Of a DNA stretch of 55,558 nucleotides, positions 8,298 to 17,961 are shown one piece after another; the first letter of the stretch is position 1, and every line of letters begins with the position of its first letter. The stretch comes from a virus. Taxonomy: Duplodnaviria; Caudoviricetes. The position numbers were made by a program, and so were the translations under genes. The notes beneath the pieces were generated by a model, which saw only the letters and a list, made by a program, of their open reading frames with translations, did not search any database and was not told the DNA's origin. The stretch is from the IMG/VR virus record IMGVR_UViG_3300017912_004183, positions 1-55,558 of that record; one strand, 5' to 3'.

Positions 8298-9999
8298 TCT
8301 CACCACCCTTGGGCATTTCTGGTGCTTTTGTTGCTCTTGCTTGCTGCTCCAAATCTGGTTCTATTGGAACATCTCCCATACCTCCAGCAGAACCTCCTGC
8401 TCCTGGATCACCCTCCATTGATGGATCCATTGGCATTCCAGTCTCAGGATCAACTGGTTGATTTGGATCTGGAATAACGCCATCCGCAATTTCTTTCTCA
8501 ATCATCTTATCTTGTTCAATGATTTGTTCATCAGTTTGACGCAAAATCTTTCTGCGTACATAATCTTGTGAGAAATATTTTCCAACATATGGTTGAGCAG
8601 TTTCTAATAAACCAAACCTATCTTGCATTAATTCAGATTCTTTTAGTTCTGAGAAGTGATTATCATATAAGAAGTCAAATTGAATATGCTCCTTCATTCT
8701 TTCCCAATCTTCTGGGGTAACCACATTCTTCAGAATTAGTTGGGTCCTCAGAATATCATGGAACATATTTGAGAATCTCTTTCTCAAACGACTTACAAAT
8801 TTTGTAAATTTTAACTCATCCCTAAGGATTTCAGATGATCTACCCAGATTAAATCCACCTTCTCCGTCCATACGCGACGGCGGAACATTAAGGGCCCGGT
8901 AGAGTTTTTTCTTAAAGTATTCAATATCTGTGATTTCTCCGAGGTTTTGACCTCCAGGCAGAGTAGTAATTTCAGTTCCACGTCCTCCCTCCCTTCTAGG
9001 AAGCCAGAAGTCCTCAAGCATAGACATGAACTTTTTGTCATCTCTGATCTCTCCTGTTGATGCATCGTATACAAGTTTATTTCTGTAACGCATCATTACG
9101 TCACGCAAATACTGCTCTGCTTTTACTTTAGGCAAATTGCCAACATCGATGTAAAAAATACGACGCTCTGGTGCTCTTGACAATCTATAGATTACCAAAC
9201 TATCCTCAATCATTCTGAGTTGATTGAGAGATTTAATTGATTTATGAAGATATGAAAGAGTGGTTCCTTTGTTTCTATCTACCAAACCAGATGTGCAATA
9301 TGTGATGGAATCTTTTGCAATACGAATACCTTTTGTTGTATTTGTTTGCATTGGGTTTCCAGTCCCAGTAGATTTGGGGTTATAGATGAAATATTCTTCT
9401 ATTTCTGGAAAATTATATTCCATTGGATTTTCATCTCTCAGCATATTACTACTAATAAGCTGATTATACTTATCCTTTTCTGTTTTCTTTTGCTGCCTAA
9501 CATACCTCATTTTCATTGGGTCTATGTAACGCAGTTCTTGAATGCCATCTTGTGGATTTTTTAAATCAATAATTTTGTGATAATACAATCTACCATCAAC
9601 ATACCAATTCCTATAAATTTCGTGAGATTTTTTATGAAAATCAAGCATATCAAGGATATGCCTAAATTCTTCTCTAATAGTCTTCTTTATACCATCACTA
9701 GCCTTAAGATTTGATAGTTCGATTTCTATTGGACTATCATTCTGATCAGAAACAATTGCTTCGTTTACAATATCCTCAATAGCAGTATCAACTTCTGGGT
9801 GAAGTGACATCTCACGATATCTTTTTATTAGATCGAATTCTGTCTTGTAAACCCCTTCAATATCAAGGTAAGAACCAAAAAAACCACTACTCATATAATG
9901 ATCAACCCCGTCCTCATTATTTGGAGGAACGGGGGAGACCGCTGATTTACTCAGCTTATCTTCATTATCATCAATTGAAAAACCAAAGAGCCTTGCCAT
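8293..9999 (-). CDS. gp20: Portal vertex protein
   Basis: MARLFGFSI, WYVDGR, YRLSRAPERRIFYIDVGNLPK and EDFWLPRREGGRGTEITTLPGG motifs. Confidence 0.99.
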   Translation of the reverse strand: MARLFGFSIDDNEDKLSKSAVSPVPPNNEDGVDHYMSSGFFGSYLDIEGVYKTEFDLIKRYREMSLHPEVDTAIEDIVNEAIVSDQNDSPIEIELSNLKASDGIKKTIREEFRHILDMLDFHKKSHEIYRNWYVDGRLYYHKIIDLKNPQDGIQELRYIDPMKMRYVRQQKKTEKDKYNQLISSNMLRDENPMEYNFPEIEEYFIYNPKSTGTGNPMQTNTTKGIRIAKDSITYCTSGLVDRNKGTTLSYLHKSIKSLNQLRMIEDSLVIYRLSRAPERRIFYIDVGNLPKVKAEQYLRDVMMRYRNKLVYDASTGEIRDDKKFMSMLEDFWLPRREGGRGTEITTLPGGQNLGEITDIEYFKKKLYRALNVPPSRMDGEGGFNLGRSSEILRDELKFTKFVSRLRKRFSNMFHDILRTQLILKNVVTPEDWERMKEHIQFDFLYDNHFSELKESELMQDRFGLLETAQPYVGKYFSQDYVRRKILRQTDEQIIEQDKMIEKEIADGVIPDPNQPVDPETGMPMDPSMEGDPGAGGSAGGMGDVPIEPDLEQQARATKAPEMPKGGEI

Positions 10000-10022
10000 T
10001 ATTTAAGTAATTTGTTTTCTAC

Positions 10023-10030
10023 TATTTATA
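10023..10030 (-). promoter_or_regulatory. Late promoter TATAAATA for gp20
   Basis: Exact consensus about 24 nt upstream of the gp20 ATG. Confidence 0.85.
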
Positions 10031-10033
10031 GTA

Positions 10034-10720
10034 TCAAAAACCAGTACTATTCTCCTCATTCTTATTATCATCCTTTTTATCTTGGAGTTTACTTGGATGC
10101 CAGTAGTTCACTTGCATTTCCACCTGGAACTCTTCAATTGCATTTGTGCTTTCATAATTCAATTCAATTGCACTAAGATTAGTTGGGAAAATACTAAAGA
10201 AAGTATAGTGTGCAATTGGAGATAATCCATTCCCCTCATAATGACTCAAGTTTGATCCTGTTGGATCCTTCTCAGTAGTGTCACCACTAGCACCACTAGC
10301 AGGTGTTGCTGCCGATGCTGCAGGTGTTGCTGCCGCTGCTGCATGTTTTCTACCCAATTGCGTAACAAGTGCATTCTTCATATATCCTTGTGGATTTGAA
10401 TATCCAGAAGCATCTGAATATTGTGCAATTTCTTGCATCCACAGCTCAAATTTCTTTCTGATCGCGAAATCTTCATCATTGATAACTGTGATTGTCCATG
10501 GTTCAAATGTCCTATCTCCAGCAACCTTTAGAATTCTACCTCTAAATGGTACATCAATAGATGCTACGACTGAAGCAGGAATTGCAGCTGCTTTACAAAG
10601 ATACGAGAAAGTATCATCGTTACCAAAGAATGCAGGAATTTCCACTTTAAATAAATTGGGGCGAGCTCCCCCACCCCTTAGTCTAGATTTAAAGTCGTTG
10701 ATAGTATGTGCTGATCCCAT
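10034..10720 (-). CDS. gp19: Tail tube protein
   Basis: GGGARPNLF, FRGRILKVAGDRTFEPWTITVINDEDF and IEEFQVEMQVNYW motifs. Confidence 0.96.
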   Translation of the reverse strand: MGSAHTINDFKSRLRGGGARPNLFKVEIPAFFGNDDTFSYLCKAAAIPASVVASIDVPFRGRILKVAGDRTFEPWTITVINDEDFAIRKKFELWMQEIAQYSDASGYSNPQGYMKNALVTQLGRKHAAAAATPAASAATPASGASGDTTEKDPTGSNLSHYEGNGLSPIAHYTFFSIFPTNLSAIELNYESTNAIEEFQVEMQVNYWHPSKLQDKKDDNKNEENSTGF

Positions 10721-10757
10721 TGTTTTTTCCTCCGTTTTTTTGTGTTATGGATTTTTA

Positions 10758-12887
10758 TCAAGATCTACCAGTTACTTCTTCAAAACTTACGCCAGTTCTT
10801 GTGGCAACAAATGTCAATGTAATATAATTAATTGACTTTGTTGGTTTTAAGAAGATGTCTGCTCTGAATTCATTGTTATCAATGATATCTGGAGTATTAT
10901 TTGTTCCATCACAAATAATACGGTAATCTGATAATCCTCTCTTTGCTTGAATATCACGAAGGAATGGATCAACAATATTTACAAATGCTGATCTTGTCAG
11001 ATCATCGTTAAGTTCGAATAACTGAGCTTGTGCTGCACTTTCGAGGGTTTGTTCGACTGTTAAGAATAACCGACGAACGTTAATTCTATCAAAAGCAGAT
11101 GGGTAAGAAAGTGCAGTCTTATCACCAAATAAGAATGTTCCTTTTCCAGTTTGCGTAATAAAGGAATTAACTCTTTGTGGATAAAGACGGTCCCTTTGTG
11201 CTTTTGATGGATTAAATGCAAGTTTGATTGCATTGTTAATAACACCTCTGTTTTCTCCAGCAGGGGAGAACCATGGGAATGATGTTATATTTGTTCTTGC
11301 CATAATTCCGGCAACATCTGGGTTGCATGGAATATATCTAAATTTATTTGAGAATCTATCATAAGTATACTTATATCCACTATCAAATACTGCATATGAT
11401 GAAGATTGTAGTGAACCAAAGTATGAAATTAAATTATCGGTTTGAGTTTCTGTATTCGCAACTCCAATCAAATCGCTCATGTGTGGACCGCAAACTGCCA
11501 TACAATCCTTTCTCATTTCTGCAATAGAAATCAGATAATTTGCTTTGGCAATAGATTGGTTTCTGTCAGAAAGACCTGGTCCCATGATAAGAAAATCAAT
11601 ATCAGTTTCATTGTCATTCATGAACAGACTGTATGATTCCATCAGGTCTGTTAATGATGTATCCATTGAACCATCTGCACCATAATCCTCTCCACCTGAA
11701 AGGGTGAATGATAAGTTTCCTGCAGATTTATATACGCTATCTTGTGACTTTTCTCCCCACTCTGCACTATCTGCTACAAATCCGGATGAGAATCCTGTTG
11801 CAACTTTAGTTAGTGCCGCATCTCCAACGTACAGATTATCTGAAAAATCTGCAATATATGATTTATAATAATTTTTTTGTGGAGCATTTACATCCGAAGT
11901 TGAATCTAAAGATTTTGACAAGAAGAGGTGCTTCTCTAAAATATTACCTCGAACTCCAGTTACAGTTCCCAAGTCATCAACAGCAACAATATGAATACCA
12001 TCGTTCTTTCCGTTTCTGGAAAGCGTGTAGTTCGTTGAGGTTGGTTTTGGTGCAATGGACTTCCAGTAAATTGTAGAATTTTCTAATCCAAGAGTCTGTT
12101 GATCATACCAGTCGTATGATGAATCAACAATTGATGTTCCAGATACTGATCCGGTTGGATCGATATATGATATAGTTTTTCCTGCTTCAAATGAGGCATA
12201 AGCACTCATAGGAATATAATCCATAGGAGTTTCAACGCCAGTAGAAGAAATCCTAGATACAACCTTAACAGTCAATTTGCTGTTTGATACTGTTGAATTT
12301 GTTATAGATGTAATAATACCCTTTATATCTCCAGTGAATGTTTCTACTCCACCAGATCCAGGAATTTCTACTGCGGTTAACGGTGCAATAATACCTTCTC
12401 CAACGACAGCCCCATCTGTAGTCAAATCATTGGTATCAACTTCAATTATTTGATCGGCCATATCATCGATCATACATACTTTCATTCCATTTGCCCATGT
12501 TCCTGGGTTTTTTGCAATGAAACTATAACCACTTGCACTGGTGTGATATAGTTGGTAGTCATCATAATTTTTGATCATGCTTGCAGAACCGGTATCATTA
12601 GCATTCTTCAGATTGCTTCCTGATGTTCTGACAATGCTCATATTTCCGCCATATGACAGATATGACGATACACTCATCCAATATTCATAGTGATTTCCTG
12701 ATTCACTTGGTCTTCCAAATACACTAATTAAATCTTTTTCACTATTAATATTGATTGGTTCGTCAACTGGTCCAATAGAAAATGGTCCAGCAAAAGCACC
12801 AGTAATATCAATTACATTATCAACTCTACCAACTGTCAGGTCAATTTCTCTAGAAATCAAACCGGGAGATAATTGTGGAGTTGCCAT
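10758..12887 (-). CDS. gp18: Tail sheath protein
   Basis: LSPG...REIDLT, PWFSPAG..RG, GDKT and SAFDRINVRRLFL motifs. Confidence 0.98.
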   Translation of the reverse strand: MATPQLSPGLISREIDLTVGRVDNVIDITGAFAGPFSIGPVDEPININSEKDLISVFGRPSESGNHYEYWMSVSSYLSYGGNMSIVRTSGSNLKNANDTGSASMIKNYDDYQLYHTSASGYSFIAKNPGTWANGMKVCMIDDMADQIIEVDTNDLTTDGAVVGEGIIAPLTAVEIPGSGGVETFTGDIKGIITSITNSTVSNSKLTVKVVSRISSTGVETPMDYIPMSAYASFEAGKTISYIDPTGSVSGTSIVDSSYDWYDQQTLGLENSTIYWKSIAPKPTSTNYTLSRNGKNDGIHIVAVDDLGTVTGVRGNILEKHLFLSKSLDSTSDVNAPQKNYYKSYIADFSDNLYVGDAALTKVATGFSSGFVADSAEWGEKSQDSVYKSAGNLSFTLSGGEDYGADGSMDTSLTDLMESYSLFMNDNETDIDFLIMGPGLSDRNQSIAKANYLISIAEMRKDCMAVCGPHMSDLIGVANTETQTDNLISYFGSLQSSSYAVFDSGYKYTYDRFSNKFRYIPCNPDVAGIMARTNITSFPWFSPAGENRGVINNAIKLAFNPSKAQRDRLYPQRVNSFITQTGKGTFLFGDKTALSYPSAFDRINVRRLFLTVEQTLESAAQAQLFELNDDLTRSAFVNIVDPFLRDIQAKRGLSDYRIICDGTNNTPDIIDNNEFRADIFLKPTKSINYITLTFVATRTGVSFEEVTGRS

Positions 12888-12965
12888 TTGTTTCTCCGTT
12901 AACTAAACTTAAACTAAAAATTATTTATTAAAAGGGCAAGTTTCATTGGGGAAACCTAGCGTGAA

Positions 12966-13205
12966 CTACCAATCTGGATACTCCCATCTATCGATAGCAT
13001 CCTTTTTTCGTCTTTTTGATATGATTCTTTTCTTTGTACACTCTTTGCATTCATATGAATATGATGCCGCTGCAGGACCCCTATCTTTTCTCGTTCTATA
13101 AAAGCAATCTAATAAATTTTTAACTTTCCCACATTTTCTACAGATTCTATCAGTGAGAAGAAGATGTCCTAGTTTAAGTTGGTTGTCATCAAAACCTTCT
13201 ATCAT
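12966..13205 (-). CDS. Small zinc-finger protein (CxxC...CxxC)
   Basis: RICRKCG...FYRTRK...SYECKEC...WEYPDW; small ORF between gp17 and gp18. Confidence 0.8.
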   Translation of the reverse strand: MIEGFDDNQLKLGHLLLTDRICRKCGKVKNLLDCFYRTRKDRGPAAASYSYECKECTKKRIISKRRKKDAIDRWEYPDW

Positions 13206-13405
13206 TTCTCTGCTGCATACAGCGCAAATGTAGAAGTAGTTATAAGAGTCATCATATTTGCAATATATTGCTTTGATTCTCCATCACAAGTTTTACCTGG
13301 CACAAAGCACCCAAAGATAGTAGCAGCAACAATCATCAATTGTATAAAAATTACAAAACGTATAAGATCAATAACTTTTTCTTTAGTGCTTTTTCTATTG
13401 ATCAT
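13202..13405 (-). CDS. Small two-TM membrane protein
   Basis: Two hydrophobic segments with a Cys pair between them; ATG at 13405 overlaps the gp17 stop (ATGA). Confidence 0.7.
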   Translation of the reverse strand: MINRKSTKEKVIDLIRFVIFIQLMIVAATIFGCFVPGKTCDGESKQYIANMMTLITTSTFALYAAEK

Positions 13406-15051
13406 GATAGATAATCCCACATATATGCTCTATCACCATACTCATCTACATGCCAACGATCACCATCTTCATCAACGAAACTCTCTGTATCATCCAATCC
13501 ATCAGTCATAAAACCAAATGGTGCCATATCTTGCTCTATCTGATTCTTTTGCTCTTCATATAATCTCTTTCTTACATCCTGGTCAGTTAGTTCTTTAAAA
13601 TAATCTTGTGCTACTAACCATGCATATATGACTAGACACATTGCTAAGTCATCATTACACCCATCTTCTGCCTCAAATGAATTTCTTTTTGATATGAAAG
13701 TTGTAAGTTCTGAGATTATTTCATAATCGGAGAATAAAAGTTTGTCTTCCTCAATCAGTGTTTTTAAATTAAGAGATCCAACTTTCTTTACTGTTTTGGA
13801 CATCTTTAGACCCAATTGAGTTTTCTTTCCAGAAAAACCTTGACCAACTACTTGTCCAGCACGACCTCTCATAGAGCACATTAATAAATTTTGGTACTCT
13901 AAATCATATTGTATAATTGATGCCACTTGATCCCCAACATCATTTACCTCGCACAGTATAAATGCATCATTGTAACTCTTGCCGACTTGATATATGATGT
14001 TTGGGAACATCATCGGTTTTATTTCATTATTTCTATATTTTGCTACAACTTTATGCGGAAACTCTGTAATATCAATAACAATGAATGCCGAGTAATCCTC
14101 ACCAACTCCACGGGCAACATCAACAGTTATTACATAATCATGATTATCTACTGGTTCTTTATAAACATCTAAACCAGCATTCATTGTTTGTGGATTCTCA
14201 TACACCATTGTTTTAAGTTTGCTTGGTGCAATTAAGGTATCAACAGATCCTAAGAATTCACACTCAAACTCAACCTTAAACTGAGATTCAGATGTGTTTG
14301 CAATTGTTTGTTTTTTCCACTTATCGTCTCTACCTGGAACTTCTGACCAGTGGACTTCAGTTGGTACATATTCGCTAACTGATTTCTCGGCATCATGCCA
14401 CATTCGGTAGAAATGATTCATACCATGTGGCGTAGAAACAATAATTACTTTGGTGCTTTTACCAGAAGTAATAGTAGGATAAACAGATGCAAAGAATTGG
14501 TCAGCAACGTGATTTGGGACGAACGCGAACTCGTCGAGAAAGAGGATGTTAAACGACATACCTCGCACAGCACTTGCAGACGTAGAAGCTGCCAATATTT
14601 TACTGCCATTTTCTAATTCAATATTTCCTTTGTTCCAGTTTATCACACCTTGCTGCATCCACTTTGGAATGTTTTCATATGCAGTTGCAAGTCTACTTAA
14701 AAGTTCTCTAGATGTTGATGCTTTGTTCGCTAGAATGCCAATACTTACATTTGCATTAAATAGCATGAAGTGTAGGAGATATGATATAACTGTTGTAGAT
14801 TTGCCAGTTTGTCGTGGCATCTTACAAATATTAAATCTATTCTCATGGAAGTTATTAATTAATTTCTCCTGAAAATCATATGGTTTAAATTGAGTTAAAC
14901 CTTCGTCAAGTGAAACAATTTTGATATAATTATTAGCAAAGTAAACTGGATCATTCTGGGACTTTACTATTTCTATAATTTGTTCTTCTGTAAATTCATG
15001 TGTTGTCCCATACTTCTTAAGTAGGGGATTACCGAGATAAGAATCAGTCAT
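13402..15051 (-). CDS. gp17: Terminase large subunit
   Basis: YLGNPLLK, Walker A PRQTGKSTT, Walker B ILFLDEFAF, VSTPHG, nuclease DVARGVGEDYS and NDDLAM motifs; ATG at 15051 preferred; no intein visible. Confidence 0.98.
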   Translation of the reverse strand: MTDSYLGNPLLKKYGTTHEFTEEQIIEIVKSQNDPVYFANNYIKIVSLDEGLTQFKPYDFQEKLINNFHENRFNICKMPRQTGKSTTVISYLLHFMLFNANVSIGILANKASTSRELLSRLATAYENIPKWMQQGVINWNKGNIELENGSKILAASTSASAVRGMSFNILFLDEFAFVPNHVADQFFASVYPTITSGKSTKVIIVSTPHGMNHFYRMWHDAEKSVSEYVPTEVHWSEVPGRDDKWKKQTIANTSESQFKVEFECEFLGSVDTLIAPSKLKTMVYENPQTMNAGLDVYKEPVDNHDYVITVDVARGVGEDYSAFIVIDITEFPHKVVAKYRNNEIKPMMFPNIIYQVGKSYNDAFILCEVNDVGDQVASIIQYDLEYQNLLMCSMRGRAGQVVGQGFSGKKTQLGLKMSKTVKKVGSLNLKTLIEEDKLLFSDYEIISELTTFISKRNSFEAEDGCNDDLAMCLVIYAWLVAQDYFKELTDQDVRKRLYEEQKNQIEQDMAPFGFMTDGLDDTESFVDEDGDRWHVDEYGDRAYMWDYLS

Positions 15052-15053
15052 AA

Positions 15054-15797
15054 TCAATAATCATTTTTTATGCATACAATAGAGAAAGTTGAAGAGCATT
15101 TCATATTATTTGTCCCAGATAAAGCCCTAACCTCAATATCAGTCTTCTCCTCAATTTTTATTGGGAATTGATATCTTCTCTCTACATCATTGACATTTGT
15201 ATGGATCGTATCTTGCGCTCTCCAAGTTCCATTATCATTGGATCCCCTTTTCATGAGAAAAATATCACCATCTGCTTTTGCAGTGCTTACATCCCAGGAG
15301 TAAATGTATCCAGTATATCCAGCACAAATCGTGTATTGTGCCATAAAAGTTTGTCCTAGACCAATTGAGATTGGAGATCCTACAGTGCGAATTTGTGCAA
15401 GAGTAGTTGCTCCCGATGATATTGAAATTGTTCCCTCATTTGTCCCAGAACTCCCGGAACTTGCAACAAATGCGCGAAAGACTCTAAAAAATTCTAAAGT
15501 TCCAGCCGCTCCACCAACTATTAAAGTTTCTGAAATTAGTTCATAATTTTCATCCAAACCCTCAATAGTAACAGTTCTTGCACCATTACCAGATACAGAG
15601 TCGTCTGCGTCAGTACTCGTGACTGTCAATACACCTGCAGTAGTAAGATACGTGTAGAGACCTCCACCATCCCATATTGTTTCTAAAGATCCATCAACAT
15701 CCAAATTTGTACCAAATTTGGTAATTTTGAATGCTCCTCTTACTTTCCCCCTTGATACATTTAAACCAAATTCTTCGTCCCAGATAAAATTAGACAT
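15054..15797 (-). CDS. Hypothetical beta-rich protein inserted upstream of gp17
   Basis: 247-aa ORF; KFG.N.DVD...ETIWDGGG.Y, GARTVTIEGLDENY and FFRVFRAFV; Gly/Thr/Ser-rich like virion proteins. Confidence 0.7.
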   Translation of the reverse strand: MSNFIWDEEFGLNVSRGKVRGAFKITKFGTNLDVDGSLETIWDGGGLYTYLTTAGVLTVTSTDADDSVSGNGARTVTIEGLDENYELISETLIVGGAAGTLEFFRVFRAFVASSGSSGTNEGTISISSGATTLAQIRTVGSPISIGLGQTFMAQYTICAGYTGYIYSWDVSTAKADGDIFLMKRGSNDNGTWRAQDTIHTNVNDVERRYQFPIKIEEKTDIEVRALSGTNNMKCSSTFSIVCIKNDY

Positions 15798-15808
15798 TTT
15801 TAATTACC

Positions 15809-16492
15809 TCAGCAATTCCAGCGACGACGTGCTGCTTTTCCTCTTTCCCCAGTCCAACTCCGTGAACGAGCACAAAAACTCTTTCTACGATTGTATGACT
15901 TTGATCCCTTTTTAAGTTTCGATGGTGGAGTAGTTACAGCTGTTTTAAGATTGCCACCAGTTCGTCTGTTGTACTTTGCGACACCCTTTGCAGTCATACC
16001 TGCACCACTCTCTGTACTTCTCTTATCTCCGGATCTCTGAGACATTCCAGACATATCCTCAATCTGTAGAAATGGTTCTCCAGATACTACTTTTGAAATG
16101 CTATGAGTTACTACACGAGCACCTGGATATGCTTTTTCTATCTGGTCATTAATATCTTTCTTAGTTGGCATTCTCACTTCTGGAAAAAACATTTTAAGTG
16201 ATATATATCTCCCTCTCCAGTTGAAATATACATCAATCATGTTTCCAGTTTTTGCTGGAACTCTAACTGCCTCATCAATATTATAATAATCTTTAAGACT
16301 TTTATTCTTAATTATGTCTACTACTTTTGCATATGCTTTACCATTTGCATCATCAATCACCACAGATTCTCCAACATCTCCGCCGTTGGAACACTCTTCT
16401 GGGTCATCTTCTATACCAAATCTTCCCCAATACCCACGACCAATACCTTTGATCTTTTCTTTGTCACTCTTCTTTTTCTTTTCTTCTAACAT
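15809..16492 (-). CDS. Hypothetical multi-module protein with basic C-terminal RRKSFCAR...RRWNC domain
   Basis: 227-aa ORF with its own ATAAATA late promoter (16518-16524). Confidence 0.75.
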   Translation of the reverse strand: MLEEKKKKSDKEKIKGIGRGYWGRFGIEDDPEECSNGGDVGESVVIDDANGKAYAKVVDIIKNKSLKDYYNIDEAVRVPAKTGNMIDVYFNWRGRYISLKMFFPEVRMPTKKDINDQIEKAYPGARVVTHSISKVVSGEPFLQIEDMSGMSQRSGDKRSTESGAGMTAKGVAKYNRRTGGNLKTAVTTPPSKLKKGSKSYNRRKSFCARSRSWTGERGKAARRRWNC

Positions 16493-16516
16493 GTCACATC
16501 AGAAAGAATACCTGTT

Positions 16517-16939
16517 TTATTTATCAAGATCCTTAAGACCATTTTTTAATAACTTTGATAACTCTGCAGTTGATCCAACAAATAGTGCATTGTTGACTGT
16601 TGAAGGACCCTTTGTTTTTCCACTTTCTTCTTCAACATCCTTTAGTTTTTTCTGGAGCTCCATCAACTTGTCTGTAGTATCTGAAACGTTCTTGATTAAT
16701 TGCCCGAGAACTTCATATGCTCTTGGTTGCTCAGTTTCCTGTGCCAACTCAAGAACGCTATCAATTGCCTCTTGCCCCTTTTCTATTATAGAATATAAGT
16801 TTCCACGAGTATACTCATAATCTTTTTTGATATCTTCTACTGTAGAACTAATTTGTTCAATTTTCTCTATTTTACTAGATTTAGAATCATCTGGTTCAAT
16901 ATCAAAAGTCTCATTTAATTTGTTAAATTTATCTGCCAT
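16517..16939 (-). CDS. gp16: Terminase small subunit
   Basis: DYEYTRGNLYSIIEKGQEA, PRAYEV and NNALFVGSTAELSKLLK motifs. Confidence 0.95.
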   Translation of the reverse strand: MADKFNKLNETFDIEPDDSKSSKIEKIEQISSTVEDIKKDYEYTRGNLYSIIEKGQEAIDSVLELAQETEQPRAYEVLGQLIKNVSDTTDKLMELQKKLKDVEEESGKTKGPSTVNNALFVGSTAELSKLLKNGLKDLDK

Positions 16940-16941
16940 AA

Positions 16942-17937
16942 TCAGAATATATCTCCATTAAATCCAAAGTCGTCACCTTCTTCAACAAGTATATCATCTG
17001 CTTGAGTGATTGACTTGACTGGGGCCCCTTTCAAGTGAGAAGTAACTACGGCATTATCCCGACCTCTTTCTACTAATACCTTTGACCCAGAGATTCCTTT
17101 GATATATATTTGCTCACCTTCAATATCAATATATGAGTCTTCTGTCAATACACTTGGATCGTCAACAATTATAGTTATTGCAGTGGTATCAAAATCTTCT
17201 GTTATTGTGGTTACAATATCTCCACTATAATCTTTTATTGCCCTTGGTTGCACAGAATATGTGATATCACGAATTGCACTAGTACTATCCTTTCCGCCAA
17301 GATAATTGATAGTTGCTTTTTTGATGATATCTTTAGATGCAGAAATAACAGGACCATACAAATATGTCTTTGCCGTAAATTTTAGGGTATATGTTAAAAC
17401 CCTTCTGCTGGTAAAATCTCCAGTGTAATCATCTTGCATTGTGATATTATCAAGAACAATCGGAATATCTCTTTTTTCTTTTATTCCGTCAACCAACTCA
17501 ATGGAAATATTATATGCAGGTTGAAAGTATGGTAATATTTGCTCAACTATTTGGAGCATATCATCATTAACTTTTGCCATAATACTTAGCTCAAAATCCA
17601 TATTATATGGAACTGGCATGTAAGTTTTTTTAATACCATCAACCTCATCTATAGCAACAAATTGCTGGGTTGTTGTTACTTTTCTGGCAGAATCGTACTT
17701 AAGTCCATTGAACTCAAATGACATCCTTGGTAAAGTAAGTGATGTCGATTTATTTAAATCTGGAGATTGCTCAAGTCTTGCAAGAAACTTCTGCGTTGGT
17801 CCATATGCAAGAGGAACCTTCACAACATCAAGTATTTCATTATTTTTGTCAAAATGCTTGATGGAAATATTATTAAAAATTGTGCCAAAGGCAATAATCG
17901 TTTTTCTTAATATTTCGTTGTAATAATATTCAAACAT
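16942..17937 (-). CDS. gp15: Tail sheath stabiliser / completion protein
   Basis: IAFGTIFNNI, VPLAYGPTQKFLARL, LPRMSFE and QIVEQILPYFQP motifs. Confidence 0.95.
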   Translation of the reverse strand: MFEYYYNEILRKTIIAFGTIFNNISIKHFDKNNEILDVVKVPLAYGPTQKFLARLEQSPDLNKSTSLTLPRMSFEFNGLKYDSARKVTTTQQFVAIDEVDGIKKTYMPVPYNMDFELSIMAKVNDDMLQIVEQILPYFQPAYNISIELVDGIKEKRDIPIVLDNITMQDDYTGDFTSRRVLTYTLKFTAKTYLYGPVISASKDIIKKATINYLGGKDSTSAIRDITYSVQPRAIKDYSGDIVTTITEDFDTTAITIIVDDPSVLTEDSYIDIEGEQIYIKGISGSKVLVERGRDNAVVTSHLKGAPVKSITQADDILVEEGDDFGFNGDIF

Positions 17938-17961
17938 AACTAGAGGTTTTATATACTGTAT

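Noticed and set aside
12966-13205. Homing endonuclease
   Set aside because: Only 79 aa with two CxxC pairs; no complete HNH, GIY-YIG or EndoVII catalytic domain visible
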